Source: an uncultured bacterium (GTDB lineage Bacteria; Krumholzibacteriota; Krumholzibacteriia; LZORAL124-64-63). From it: a stretch of DNA of 64,000 nucleotides. Made by a program: the position numbers and the translations under genes. Of the stretch, positions 1-8,978 are shown one piece after another. The stretch is from assembly GCA_963732385.1 (NCBI GenBank), contig CAVSZB010000005.1:236790-300789 (forward strand), given 5' to 3'. Within the stretch, counting starts at the first letter, position 1. Each line of letters begins with the position of its first letter. A model generated the notes under the pieces. That model searched no databases. It was not told the origin of the DNA and saw nothing but the letters and a program-made list of their open reading frames with translations.

Positions 1-510
1 TGACCGGGAGGTCAGAACCTTCCGAAAGGCCTGATATCCGCCGCGGGCTATGTAGTGCCCGATCTGCTCGGGGTCGATGAGTCCCTTGTTCCGCAGGGCG
101 ATCAGTTGCTGCTTGGCGAAGAATCCGATCTCGTCCATCCGGCGGCTGACGACGCCACTCACCGGATCCCTGTACAGGAGGCGCTCGACGACCTGGCCGT
201 TCATTAGATGCGAATCGACGATCTCCTTCAGGTCCTGCGGACCGACCTTCTGGTAGAAGACACCCTCCGGCTGCACGACCACGATGGGGCCCATGGCGCA
301 GAACCCGTTGCATCCGGTCTGCACCACCAGGTAGTCCCGCTCCAGGCCCCGCTCGCGGAGTTCGGCGTTCAACCCGTCGCGCACGCTGTACCCGCCGGCC
401 GAGAGGCAGCCCGTGCCGGTGCAGACCATGAGCATGGCCTTGTAGCCCGCCTGGAGCTTGGTCTGCTCGGCCGCGATCCGTTCCAGGTCCGTGATGTCGA
501 GCCTAGGCAT
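1..510 (-). CDS. NuoF/HydB-like flavoprotein subunit, N-terminal part (gene runs off the window edge)
   Basis: Hand translation of the minus strand from ATG at 510. The ORF is not in the track because it is open at the window edge. Sequence reads MPRLDITDLERIAAEQTKLQAGYKAMLMVCTGTGCLSAGG...CNGFCAMGPIVVVQPEGVFYQKV...LIDPEQIGHYIARGGYQAF. This is a thioredoxin-like [2Fe-2S] N-domain followed by the start of a 51-kDa NuoF-type domain. The ATG overlaps the stop of the upstream gene (503) by 8 nt. Confidence 0.7.
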   Translation of the reverse strand, partial: MPRLDITDLERIAAEQTKLQAGYKAMLMVCTGTGCLSAGGYSVRDGLNAELRERGLERDYLVVQTGCNGFCAMGPIVVVQPEGVFYQKVGPQDLKEIVDSHLMNGQVVERLLYRDPVSGVVSRRMDEIGFFAKQQLIALRNKGLIDPEQIGHYIARGGYQAFRKVLTSRS

Positions 511-1813
511 GGTCCGCACCCCCCGGAGCCCTTTTCGCCGCCATCTTCTTGACCAGCCGGGCCACGTCTCTGGCTTTGACGTTTCCCACGATCTCGTTTC
601 CGAACCGCACCACCGGAGCGAGGCTGCAGGCGCCGAGACAGGCCACCGGTTCGAGGCTGTACCTGCCGTCTTCGGAGGTCTCGCCGGCCTGGATCCCAAG
701 CACCCGCTCGAAGCCCGCCAGAATGAGGGCCGAGCCCTTGACATGGCAGGCTGTCCCCATGCAGACCTGGATCACCGTCTCGCCCCGCGGTTCGAGGCTG
801 AAGGCCTTGTAGAAGGTGGCGATGTGATAGAGGTAAGCGGCCGGCACGCCCGTTTCGAGACAGATCTCATCGAGGGCCGTCTTCGGGAGGTGCCGGAACC
901 GCTCCTGCACATCCTGAAGCATCTCGATGACGTATTCCGGGTCGTTGTTCCACTTGCGGACAATGGCCCGGACCTCCTCCACTTCGTTCGCGCAGGTCAG
1001 CAGAGACAGGCGCTTCGGAGTGATCTGGGCCGCCACCTTGTTCTCGGCGATGCGCCAGGCGGGGGTGATGCCAGGATTCTTGATCACGAGAGCCTTGAGT
1101 TTCTTGTCGCGGAAGACCGTGCCGATTCCGCCGCGCCCCGCCTGCTTGAGCCGCGCCACGCGCCGGCGCCAGTCCCAGAAGGAGAAGTTCAAAACCCCCA
1201 TCCGCGTGTGCTCGGCGCCGCGTCCGGCGGAGACGACGGCGATGTTCCGCATGTCGAGTTCATCCGCGGCGTACATCCTGGTCAGCTCCTCAGCCAGGAT
1301 GTGCGAGTCGACGCTCTCGAGCGGGGCGGCCTCGATCGTGATCCGGCGGGCGGCCGCGTCGATGGCGATGATGGTCTCCTGCGACGCCTTGCCGACGATG
1401 GCCAGCGCATCGAAACCTGCGAATTTCAGGAAAGGGCCGAAATACCCCCCGACATTGCAGTCGATCACGATGTCGGTCAGAGGAGAGATGGCCGTGACCA
1501 GCGTCTTGCCCGAACCGGGAAACGACGTCGTGCCGCCGAGCGGGCCGGAGCACAGGCAGATCGGATTCTCCGGGCTATCCCACTTCGTGTCCGCGCTGAT
1601 CTCCTGGAGCGTGATCCAAAGGTCGAAGCCCTTGCCCCCGGTCCAGAGTTCCTTCATCTGCTCCGTCACCGGATGCAGGGTGATCTCGTTCCGGCCGAGA
1701 TCGATCCGGAGCCAGCGACCGGCATAGCCCCGGTAAAGCTCGACGGGGTCGTAGACCAGCTCCTGGAGCAGGCAATGCGCGCTCCGCATTCGTTCCGTGT
1801 CGTGCATGGGCAT
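503..1813 (-). CDS. Fusion protein: aldehyde:ferredoxin oxidoreductase N-terminal domain (AFOR_N) + NuoE/HydC-like thioredoxin-fold [2Fe-2S] domain
   Basis: The N-terminal ~230 aa align by eye to the AOR N-domain (YAGRWLRIDLG...PENPICLCSGPLGGT...SPLTD...GGYFGPFLKFAGFDALAIVGKA...AGRGGIGTVFRDKKLKALVI). The C-terminal ~150 aa look NuoE-like (VIQVCMGTACHVKG...VACLGACSLAPVV). Start chosen at ATG 1813, which has GGGAGA 7 nt upstream. The track ORF extends to 1942. Confidence 0.75.
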   Translation of the reverse strand: MPMHDTERMRSAHCLLQELVYDPVELYRGYAGRWLRIDLGRNEITLHPVTEQMKELWTGGKGFDLWITLQEISADTKWDSPENPICLCSGPLGGTTSFPGSGKTLVTAISPLTDIVIDCNVGGYFGPFLKFAGFDALAIVGKASQETIIAIDAAARRITIEAAPLESVDSHILAEELTRMYAADELDMRNIAVVSAGRGAEHTRMGVLNFSFWDWRRRVARLKQAGRGGIGTVFRDKKLKALVIKNPGITPAWRIAENKVAAQITPKRLSLLTCANEVEEVRAIVRKWNNDPEYVIEMLQDVQERFRHLPKTALDEICLETGVPAAYLYHIATFYKAFSLEPRGETVIQVCMGTACHVKGSALILAGFERVLGIQAGETSEDGRYSLEPVACLGACSLAPVVRFGNEIVGNVKARDVARLVKKMAAKRAPGGADHA

Positions 1814-1957
1814 GCCGCTGTCTCCCGGGTAGTCGGGTATCCGCCCCGGAGAGGCTGCGGCCGGAAGCACGGCCACACTCCCCGGCGAGTCGCCCACCTG
1901 CAACTTCAGAAAGTGCCCGGCGAATGGACCCCAAGCGGGCAATCAGGATTGAGCTGG

Positions 1958-1986
1958 AATTTAGGCCAGGCGCAGGGCGGGGTCAA
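1958..1986 (-). promoter_or_regulatory. Candidate sigma70-type promoter for the AFOR_N-NuoE gene
   Basis: The minus strand reads TTGACC-N17-TAAATT. It lies in the gap between the Dcp stop (2053) and ATG 1813. Confidence 0.35.
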
Positions 1987-2052
1987 CGACCGGGTGGCAA
2001 GCCCGCACGGTCCGCTGACCCCGCCACGAGGAACGGCTGCTGCTGAAGACCG

Positions 2053-4215
2053 CTAACGCGCCTGTGACTCCGGGATTGCCGGCGTCTCTGGCAACAGGCC
2101 CCGTTTGCGCAGGAGCGGTTCCACCGAGGGATCCTTGCCCCGGAAACGGCGATACGCTTCCGCCACGTCGCCGGTTCCGGCGCGTTCCAGGATGTTCGCC
2201 CGGAAAGAGGCGGCGGTGGCCTGGTCGAAGATCCCCTTCTCCCTGAATGCCTCGAAGGCATCGTTGTCCAGCACCTCTGACCACAGGTACGAGTAGTACC
2301 CGGCCGCGTATCCACCGTTGAAAATGTGGTAGTAGCTCGGCGTGCGGTGGATCGAGGCGGCGTAGCGCGGCATCCCCATGCGCTCGAACGAAGCCTTCTC
2401 GAACGCCCCGGCATCCACTTCGTCCGGCGCGGTCAGGGTGTGCCAGTCGAGGTCGAGCAGCACGGTGGAGACCATCGCCACGGTGCCCAGCCCCTGATTG
2501 AAGGTCTCGGCCTGCTTGATCTTCGCGATGACCTCGTCGGGCAGGGGCTCGCCCGTCTTGTAGTGGCAGGCGTAGACCTTCAGGACCTCCGGCTCCAGCG
2601 CCCAGTGTTCCATGATCTGGGACGGCAGCTCGACGAAGTCCCACGGCACGCCGCCGAGCGCCGAGTAGTGCACGCGGGTGAGCAGGGAGTGCAGGGCATG
2701 GCCCAACTCGTGGAAGAGGGTCAGCGCCTCGCCGCGGGAGAGCAGGGCCGGAGCATCCCCGGTGGGCGGCGTGAAGCTCGCCACGTTGGTTACGATCGGC
2801 CGGATGTCCTTGCCGTTGCGCACGCAGGCGTCACGGTAACCTCCCGACCACGCGCCGGCCCGCTTGCCCGCGCGCGGGAACAGATCCATCAGCAGCACGC
2901 CCAGGTGGGTCCCGTCCGCCTCCTTCACCTCGAAAACGCGCACGTCGGGGTGGTATCTGGGCGCGTCCTTCAACTCGGTGAAGGTCAGCCCATAAAGCCT
3001 GGTGGCGACGGAAAACGCGCCTGCCCGCACCCGCTCGAGGGGGAAGTAGGGACGCAGCGCCTCCTCATCGAGGTCGAAGCGAGCCTTCTTGAGCTTCTCG
3101 GAGTAGTAGCTCCAGTCCCACGGCTCGATCTGCCCGCCCTTGACGTGCTCGTCGAGCATGGTCTGCAGGACCCTGGCGTCCTCGTCGGCTTTGGCAACCG
3201 CCGGCGCCCAGAGCTGGTTCACGAGGGAGTACACGTTCTGCGGTGTCTTCGCCATGTACTCCTCGATCTGGAAGTCGGCGAAGGTCCGGTAGCCGAGGAG
3301 CCGCGCCCGTTCGGCGCGCAGGCCGGCGATGCGGGCGACAATACGATTGTTGTCGCGCGCGTCACCGTGATCGGCGCGGGTCCTGTACGCGGTCCAGAGC
3401 TGGCGCCGCAGTTCGCGGTTGTCGGCGTAGGTCACGAATGGGCGCGCGGAGGAGGGCTGCAGGGTGAAGACCCACTTCCCCTCGAGGCCGGCCCCCTTCG
3501 CCGTCTCGGCGGCGGCCGCGATCGCCTGCGGCGACAGGCCGGAGAGGTCCTCCGGATTCTCTATCACCAGCTTGAACGCGTTGGTCTCGGCCAGAAGGTT
3601 TTCGCCGAACGAGCTGGAGAGCACCGCCAGCTCCTGGTTGATTTCCCGGAACCGCTCCTGCTGCCCGGAGCCCAGGTTGGCGCCGCCACGCACGAACCCC
3701 TTGTGCGTCTCATCCAGCAGCTTGCGCTGTTCCTGATCGAGCGCGAGGAGGTCACGCCCGGCCCACACGGCCTTGACGCGGGCGAACAGTCGCGGGTCCA
3801 GCGCCACGTCGTCGCGCAGGGCGGCGAGCTGCGGCGACACCTCCTGCTGGATTTTCTGCATCGCCTCGTTGGTATTGGCTGAAGCAAGGTTGAAAAAGAC
3901 ATTGGAAACCTTATCCAGAAGCTGTCCGCCCTCGTTGAGCGGCTCGATGGTGTTGGCGAATGTCGGTGGCTCGGCGCTGGTGGCGATCGTTTCCACTTCC
4001 CGGCGTCGCTCGGCGATGGCGCGTTCGAACGCCGGCAGGAAATGCTCGACCTTGATGAGCGCGAACGGCGGCATGCCGAACGGCGTCGTCCACTCCTCGA
4101 AGAACGGGTTGACGGCGACCGCCGGGACAGCCGTCCGGGCAGGCGCCGGCTGCCGGGCCGCGGCCACGGTCGCGCACGCACAGATCAAACCGAGAGCTGT
4201 CATGAATTTCCGCAT
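2053..4215 (-). CDS. dcp: Secreted M3-family peptidyl-dipeptidase (Dcp-like)
   Basis: 720-aa ORF with an N-terminal signal peptide (MRKFMTALGLICACATVAAA). It carries the zinc motif HELGH (LFHELGHALHSLL) and M3 family-wide similarity. It is a paralog of 49827..51938. Confidence 0.85.
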   Translation of the reverse strand: MRKFMTALGLICACATVAAARQPAPARTAVPAVAVNPFFEEWTTPFGMPPFALIKVEHFLPAFERAIAERRREVETIATSAEPPTFANTIEPLNEGGQLLDKVSNVFFNLASANTNEAMQKIQQEVSPQLAALRDDVALDPRLFARVKAVWAGRDLLALDQEQRKLLDETHKGFVRGGANLGSGQQERFREINQELAVLSSSFGENLLAETNAFKLVIENPEDLSGLSPQAIAAAAETAKGAGLEGKWVFTLQPSSARPFVTYADNRELRRQLWTAYRTRADHGDARDNNRIVARIAGLRAERARLLGYRTFADFQIEEYMAKTPQNVYSLVNQLWAPAVAKADEDARVLQTMLDEHVKGGQIEPWDWSYYSEKLKKARFDLDEEALRPYFPLERVRAGAFSVATRLYGLTFTELKDAPRYHPDVRVFEVKEADGTHLGVLLMDLFPRAGKRAGAWSGGYRDACVRNGKDIRPIVTNVASFTPPTGDAPALLSRGEALTLFHELGHALHSLLTRVHYSALGGVPWDFVELPSQIMEHWALEPEVLKVYACHYKTGEPLPDEVIAKIKQAETFNQGLGTVAMVSTVLLDLDWHTLTAPDEVDAGAFEKASFERMGMPRYAASIHRTPSYYHIFNGGYAAGYYSYLWSEVLDNDAFEAFREKGIFDQATAASFRANILERAGTGDVAEAYRRFRGKDPSVEPLLRKRGLLPETPAIPESQAR

Positions 4216-4280
4216 CTCGCGAGTCCTCCTTCACGATCTTCAGATTCCGCTCTTTGACGTCCGCCCGTGTCCCGTGCGGT

Positions 4281-5528
4281 CTACTGCCCCGGCCCGCGGC
4301 TCCTGCAGATGGCCTCGATCCAGTAGTCTACGTTCAGAATGGGGATGAAGGTTCCAAACGAAGCGTATTTTGCCAGCGTCGGATCCTTCAGGATCTCCTC
4401 CCTGCTCCGGCCCTCGTCGATCCAGCCGGCAACCGTCTCCCGCACCGTGACCAGCATCTGGCGGTAACGCGCGACGTCCCGGGTCGTGCCGCTCTTCCCG
4501 TGGCCGCAAACCAGAATCGCATCCTCGGGAAAAACGTCGATCACCTTCGCCAGGATCTCCAGATACTCATCGACGGCTATCGTTACCGAGGGGAAGGACT
4601 GCAGGATCAGCAGATCGCCCATGTCCACGACGTTCGATCCGGCAAAGTGGACGATCATGTCGGCGTCGGTGTGGACGCCGCTGGCGGGGATCAGACGGAT
4701 CTCTTCGCCGCCGAAGTCGAACGTGTAGTACCTGTCGAACGACCTCCCCGAGCGGCCAAACAGCGGACCGTCGCCGGGGAGGATCACCCCCCCGGCCACC
4801 AGTTCTTCGAGATGCGACAGGGAGATGATCCGGGTCTTTTCGCCAGCGATGTCGTTGCCTTCGATGTGATCGGGATGCTCGTGGGTATTGATGATGGCAA
4901 CGATCTCGCGATCGTCGAGCTTCCGGAGCTCCTTCCGCAAATCGGGCAGCGTCCTTCGCCAGCCGGTGTCGACCAGGAGCAGGCCGTCACGACCGGCGCA
5001 GGCCAGGATGTTCGGCGCCTCCCCGTAGGAAAACGCGATCTTGTGGATCCCGTCCGCCAGGGAGAGCACCTCGGGCGCCGGGATCCGGGTTTCCACGGCC
5101 CCCCTGGCCGCGAGCAGACCGATGATCCGCTCGGATTTATTCATGACGGCCAGGTCCAGGGCGGTATCGCCGCCGCTGCTTGTGATATTGGGATCCGCGC
5201 CGTGATCGAGCAGGTACGCCACAACGTCCGCGTGGCCGAAGTACACGGCGTAAATGAGTGACGTTTCGTTGGCGGAATTCCGCGCGTTCAGGTCAGCGCC
5301 CATGCCGACAAGGTAGGCGACGACCTTCAGGTGGCCCCCCTGAGCGGCATAGATCAGCGGGGTCTTGTTGTTGACGTTCATCGTTTCCATCTGGGTGGAG
5401 TCCGCTTCGACCAGAGCCCTTACCCGCGCCAGATCACCGGCCCTGGCCGCGTCGAGAATCTCCTGGGCCACCGCGCCGGATCCGTTCAGGAGCGTGAACA
5501 GGCAGCAAGTGAAGAACATCCGAATCAT
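4281..5528 (-). CDS. Secreted ankyrin-repeat / metallo-beta-lactamase-fold fusion protein
   Basis: A signal peptide is followed by about 4 ANK repeats (TPLIYAAQGGHLKVVAYLVGMGADLNARN...). An MBL domain follows, with the THEHPDH metal motif. Confidence 0.8.
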   Translation of the reverse strand: MIRMFFTCCLFTLLNGSGAVAQEILDAARAGDLARVRALVEADSTQMETMNVNNKTPLIYAAQGGHLKVVAYLVGMGADLNARNSANETSLIYAVYFGHADVVAYLLDHGADPNITSSGGDTALDLAVMNKSERIIGLLAARGAVETRIPAPEVLSLADGIHKIAFSYGEAPNILACAGRDGLLLVDTGWRRTLPDLRKELRKLDDREIVAIINTHEHPDHIEGNDIAGEKTRIISLSHLEELVAGGVILPGDGPLFGRSGRSFDRYYTFDFGGEEIRLIPASGVHTDADMIVHFAGSNVVDMGDLLILQSFPSVTIAVDEYLEILAKVIDVFPEDAILVCGHGKSGTTRDVARYRQMLVTVRETVAGWIDEGRSREEILKDPTLAKYASFGTFIPILNVDYWIEAICRSRGPGQ

Positions 5529-5628
5529 GGCAATCGGACCTTTCGTCAGGCTTTGGCGTGGCGCCGGTCGGGCAGAACTCCGGGATCGCCTCGACCGCGA
5601 TTCCGGCTGCCGGATTCACACCGAAGGC

Positions 5629-5665
5629 GAACGACCCCCGGCGCACACGCGCCCGGGGGTCGTTC
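5629..5665 (-). terminator. Perfect 13-bp GC-rich hairpin downstream of the HU-like gene (no U-tract)
   Basis: gaacgacccccgg (5629-5641) pairs with ccgggggtcgttc (5653-5665) around an 11-nt loop. It begins 29 nt after the stop at 5694. Confidence 0.35.
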
Positions 5666-5693
5666 AGATCAGGCCGCTGCTCGCAAGGATCGG

Positions 5694-6038
5694 CTAGAGC
5701 ATGTCCTTGATGGCCTTAAGCGGACGAACGCGCACCGTGCGCGAGGCCGGCCGCGCCTTCTGCTTGACCATCTCGCCGGTGAACGGGTTGCGGACGAGCT
5801 TCCCGCCCGCGACCGCCGGTTTCTTCACCAGCGTGAGCTTCAGCAGACCCAGATGGTTGAAGGTCCCGTACTTCTTGACGGACTTGACACCGATGTCGGT
5901 CAGGGCGTCACAGACGGCGACGACGTCCTTCCGGGCAAAACCGGTCTTCGCGGCGATGTCGCGATAGACCTCGTTCCTGGTCGGCGGCTTGATCGACACG
6001 ATCCTGGCCGCAGCCTTGCGAGTCGGTTTCTTAGCCAT
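5694..6038 (-). CDS. HU/IHF-family DNA-binding protein with basic N-terminal extension
   Basis: MAKKPTRKAAARIVSIKPPTRNEVYRDIAAKTGFARKDV...RNPFTGEMV has an HU-fold signature. AGGAGAG RBS precedes ATG 6038. Confidence 0.8.
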   Translation of the reverse strand: MAKKPTRKAAARIVSIKPPTRNEVYRDIAAKTGFARKDVVAVCDALTDIGVKSVKKYGTFNHLGLLKLTLVKKPAVAGGKLVRNPFTGEMVKQKARPASRTVRVRPLKAIKDML

Positions 6039-6192
6039 GGGCACTCTCTCCTGCTTTGCTGGCACGGATGGAAGCGTATGGCTTCCGTGAACGGCGCGAA
6101 TGATAGCGCAAGAGCCGCGGCGTGTTTACAGAAATCCGCGGTTTTGGCCGATTTTTGCGGGGCCGGGGCCGGGAACCCGGACCCAGGGATCC

Positions 6193-7437
6193 TCACTCTC
6201 CAGCGTCCAGCAGTCTCACCGTCAGCCCGCTGCGCAGCTTGGGCTCGAACCAGGTGGACTTCGGCGGCATGACCTCTCCCGCATCAGCCACGCGCATGAG
6301 TTGGTCGAGGGAGGTGGGGTAAAGCGCGAAAGCCACGGCCCAGCCGGAGCCGCAGCGCTTTTCCAGCTCCGCGGTGCCGCGGATGCCGCCGACGAAATCG
6401 AGGCGCTGGTCGGTACGCGGGTCAGCGATCCCGAGCAGGGGGGCGAGCAGGTTGTCCTGGAGGATGGAGACATCGAGCCCCTTGACCGGATCGGCGGCGG
6501 CATAGGTTCCCCGTCGGGCCTCGAGACGGTGCCAGCGACCCGCCAGATACATGCCGAAGGTGCGGGGCGCGGACGGCCGCGCCGTGTCGGCCGGGGCCAC
6601 CGTGAACCGCTCCCCCACGCGCTCCCTGAATCGCTCGACGGTCAGACCGTTCAGGTCCTCGACGACACGGTTGTAGGCGAGGATCTGCAGCTGATCGTGG
6701 GGAAAGACGACGGCCATGAAGTACTCGGCCGGACCGCCGCCAGGCGCCTGCGGGTTGCGCGCACGCATCGCCTGGCCATGGCGCACGGCGGCGGCGGTGC
6801 GATGGTGGCCGTCGGCCACGTAGAGGCAGGGCACTTCGGCGAACGCGCGCGACAGCGCCCCGATCTCCGTCGCGTCGGACACGACCCACAGAGCGTGACC
6901 GATGCCGTCGTCGGCGACGAAGTCGTACGTCGCGGGGCGGGAGAGCACGGCGCTGACGAGCGCATCGATCGCGCCACGCGCACGGTAGGCGAGAAATACC
7001 GGCTCGGCGTTCGCGTTCCCCTCGGTGACGTGGCGCGCGCGATCGTTCTCCTTGTCCGGGCGCGTGTGCTCGTGCTTCCTGATGAGGCCCTGCTCGTACT
7101 CTGACACGCTGCACAGGCCGACCAGGCCCACCTGCACATGCTCGCGCATCCGCTGCTGGTACACATAGAGGCACGGATACTCATCGCGCACGAGAGTCCC
7201 TTCGGCAATGAGCCGCCGGAGATTCTCGCGCCCCCTGGCGTAGACCCGATCATCGTGAACGGAAATCGCCGGATCCAGGTCGATCTCGGGCTTGCAGACG
7301 TGCAGGAAGGAAAACGGATTCCCGCGCGCCAGTTCGCGGGCCTCCTCCGAGGAGATCACATCGTAAGGGAAGCTCGCCACGTCACGCGCCCGTTCCGGGC
7401 GCGGTCGGTAGGCGCAAAACGGCTTGAAGACGGACAT
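6193..7437 (-). CDS. DUF1015-family protein
   Basis: MSVFKPFCAYRPRPERARDVASFPYDVISSEEARELARGNPFSFLHV is a typical DUF1015 N-terminus. The gene lies 25 nt downstream of thrC on the same strand. Confidence 0.75.
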   Translation of the reverse strand: MSVFKPFCAYRPRPERARDVASFPYDVISSEEARELARGNPFSFLHVCKPEIDLDPAISVHDDRVYARGRENLRRLIAEGTLVRDEYPCLYVYQQRMREHVQVGLVGLCSVSEYEQGLIRKHEHTRPDKENDRARHVTEGNANAEPVFLAYRARGAIDALVSAVLSRPATYDFVADDGIGHALWVVSDATEIGALSRAFAEVPCLYVADGHHRTAAAVRHGQAMRARNPQAPGGGPAEYFMAVVFPHDQLQILAYNRVVEDLNGLTVERFRERVGERFTVAPADTARPSAPRTFGMYLAGRWHRLEARRGTYAAADPVKGLDVSILQDNLLAPLLGIADPRTDQRLDFVGGIRGTAELEKRCGSGWAVAFALYPTSLDQLMRVADAGEVMPPKSTWFEPKLRSGLTVRLLDAGE

Positions 7438-7462
7438 CGATCCCCCTCCCGGGGCTGGCGCC

Positions 7463-8839
7463 TCATGCAGCGGGGAAGCGCTCCTTCAGCAGGTCCCGAA
7501 ACGGCTCGTACTCCGTCGTCATGTGCTCGTACTTTTCCGGCTTGGCCTCGAGCCCCGCGAGGCTGGGCGGCAGCTCGGGATTGATGCCGAGCAGAGCCTG
7601 GATCTCCTCCGGAAACTTCGCCGGATGCGCCGTCTCCACCGCAACCGCGAGCGGATCGACCGGCGCCCCGGGAGCGGCGAGGAAGCGTTCCAGACCTGCC
7701 CAGCCGACCGCGCCGTGCGGCTCGAGCAGGGTCCCGTTCCTCTGCCACGTTTCCCGGATCGTGGCGCGCGTTTCGTCCTCGGAAATGCTGACCGCGTGGA
7801 AGTCGCGGCGCAGCGCGGCCATATCGGGCGCTTCGCGCAACGCACCGGTCTCGTCCATCCAACCGCCGTAGGCGTCCACCAGGCGCGCGAGGTTCGAGGG
7901 GTGACCGACGTTCATCGCGTTCGAGATGCAGACGCGCGACGGCACGATCTTCTCGTACCGCCCGCTGGCGAAGAATCCGGGCACTTCGTCGTTGGCATTC
8001 GTGGCGATGACGATGCGCGAGATCGGCACCCCCATGCGCACCGCCAGCTGCGCGCCCATCAGATCGCCGAAGTTCCCGGACGGCACGGAGAAGACGATCG
8101 GCTCGCGGGCGTGTGCATCGGCGAGCCGCACGTAGGCATAGACGTAGTAGACAGACTGCGGCAATAGACGACCGATGTTGATGGAGTTCGCGCTGCTCAG
8201 GCGGATGCCCGCCAGTTCGGGGTCGGCGAAAGCGCGTTTGACCATCGCCTGGCAGTCGTCGAATTTGCCGTCCACCGCGAAGGTGGTAACGTTACCGCCC
8301 AACGTGGTCATCTGCCGGCGCTGGCGCGCGGAGACCTCCGCCACCGGGAAGAGCACGACACTTCGCACGCGGGGCACGCCGTGATAGGCGTGAGCCACCG
8401 CACTGCCGGTGTCGCCGGAGGTAGCGGTGAGGATGACCAGATCGCCGCGCACGTCCGCCATGAAGGCGCTCATCCAGCGGGCCATCATGCGGGCGGCGAA
8501 GTCCTTGAAGGACGCGGTCGGCCCGCGGTCGAGGCGCATCAGCCAGCGGCGCCCGCTCACCCTCTCGAGCGGAACCTCGTAATCGTAGGCGTCCTCGCAC
8601 AGCGCGCGCAGCCGATCGTCATCGAGGACGCCGGCCGTGAAGCGCCTCAGCACGAACCAGGCGATCTCCGGGTAGGTCTTTCCCGCGAGCGCGGCGAGGT
8701 CGCCGGGGCCGAAAGGCGGCACCCGGACCGGCATGAACAGCCCCTTGTCGGCCGCCTGCCCCTGCAGGAGGGCCGTCCGCAGGTCCACGCTCGGAACGGC
8801 GCGGTTGGTGCTGTAGAAGAGAATCGGTTCGTTATCCAT
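7463..8839 (-). CDS. thrC: Threonine synthase
   Basis: FYSTNRAVPSVDLRTALLQGQAADKGLFMP...GPTASFKDFAARMMARW (PLP-lysine region)...LTATSGDTGSAV. Start moved to ATG 8839 (MDNEPILFYSTN); the track ORF extends to 9004. Confidence 0.9.
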   Translation of the reverse strand: MDNEPILFYSTNRAVPSVDLRTALLQGQAADKGLFMPVRVPPFGPGDLAALAGKTYPEIAWFVLRRFTAGVLDDDRLRALCEDAYDYEVPLERVSGRRWLMRLDRGPTASFKDFAARMMARWMSAFMADVRGDLVILTATSGDTGSAVAHAYHGVPRVRSVVLFPVAEVSARQRRQMTTLGGNVTTFAVDGKFDDCQAMVKRAFADPELAGIRLSSANSINIGRLLPQSVYYVYAYVRLADAHAREPIVFSVPSGNFGDLMGAQLAVRMGVPISRIVIATNANDEVPGFFASGRYEKIVPSRVCISNAMNVGHPSNLARLVDAYGGWMDETGALREAPDMAALRRDFHAVSISEDETRATIRETWQRNGTLLEPHGAVGWAGLERFLAAPGAPVDPLAVAVETAHPAKFPEEIQALLGINPELPPSLAGLEAKPEKYEHMTTEYEPFRDLLKERFPAA

Positions 8840-8978
8840 GTCCGGAGGGCTCCCTGGGCTGATCCGTGCCGCGGCGGCGGGGAAACGCAGTTCGTAAATC
8901 GCTTCTCCGCACGCACCAACCCAGTGTATCCTGCCGGCGGCCGCGCTTCCAACCGTGTTCTTCCTCCGGAGGTCACCC

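Noticed and set aside
1814-1942. The longer start (ATG 1942) for the AFOR_N-NuoE gene, adding 43 N-terminal residues.
   Set aside because: The extension (MPAWGPFAGHFLKLQVGDSPGS...) has no similarity to AOR N-termini. ATG 1813 has a GGGAGA RBS at proper spacing. The candidate promoter at 1958-1986 would leave almost no leader for 1942.
8840-8978. Possible SAM or other riboswitch in the thrC / metY-like divergent intergenic region, and likewise upstream of metF (41928..42151).
   Set aside because: I could not recognise SAM-I, SAM-II, SAM-IV, SAH or THF core consensus elements by eye. Only generic GC hairpins and a palindromic CCTCCGGAGG at the RBS are present. An Infernal/Rfam scan is needed before any claim.
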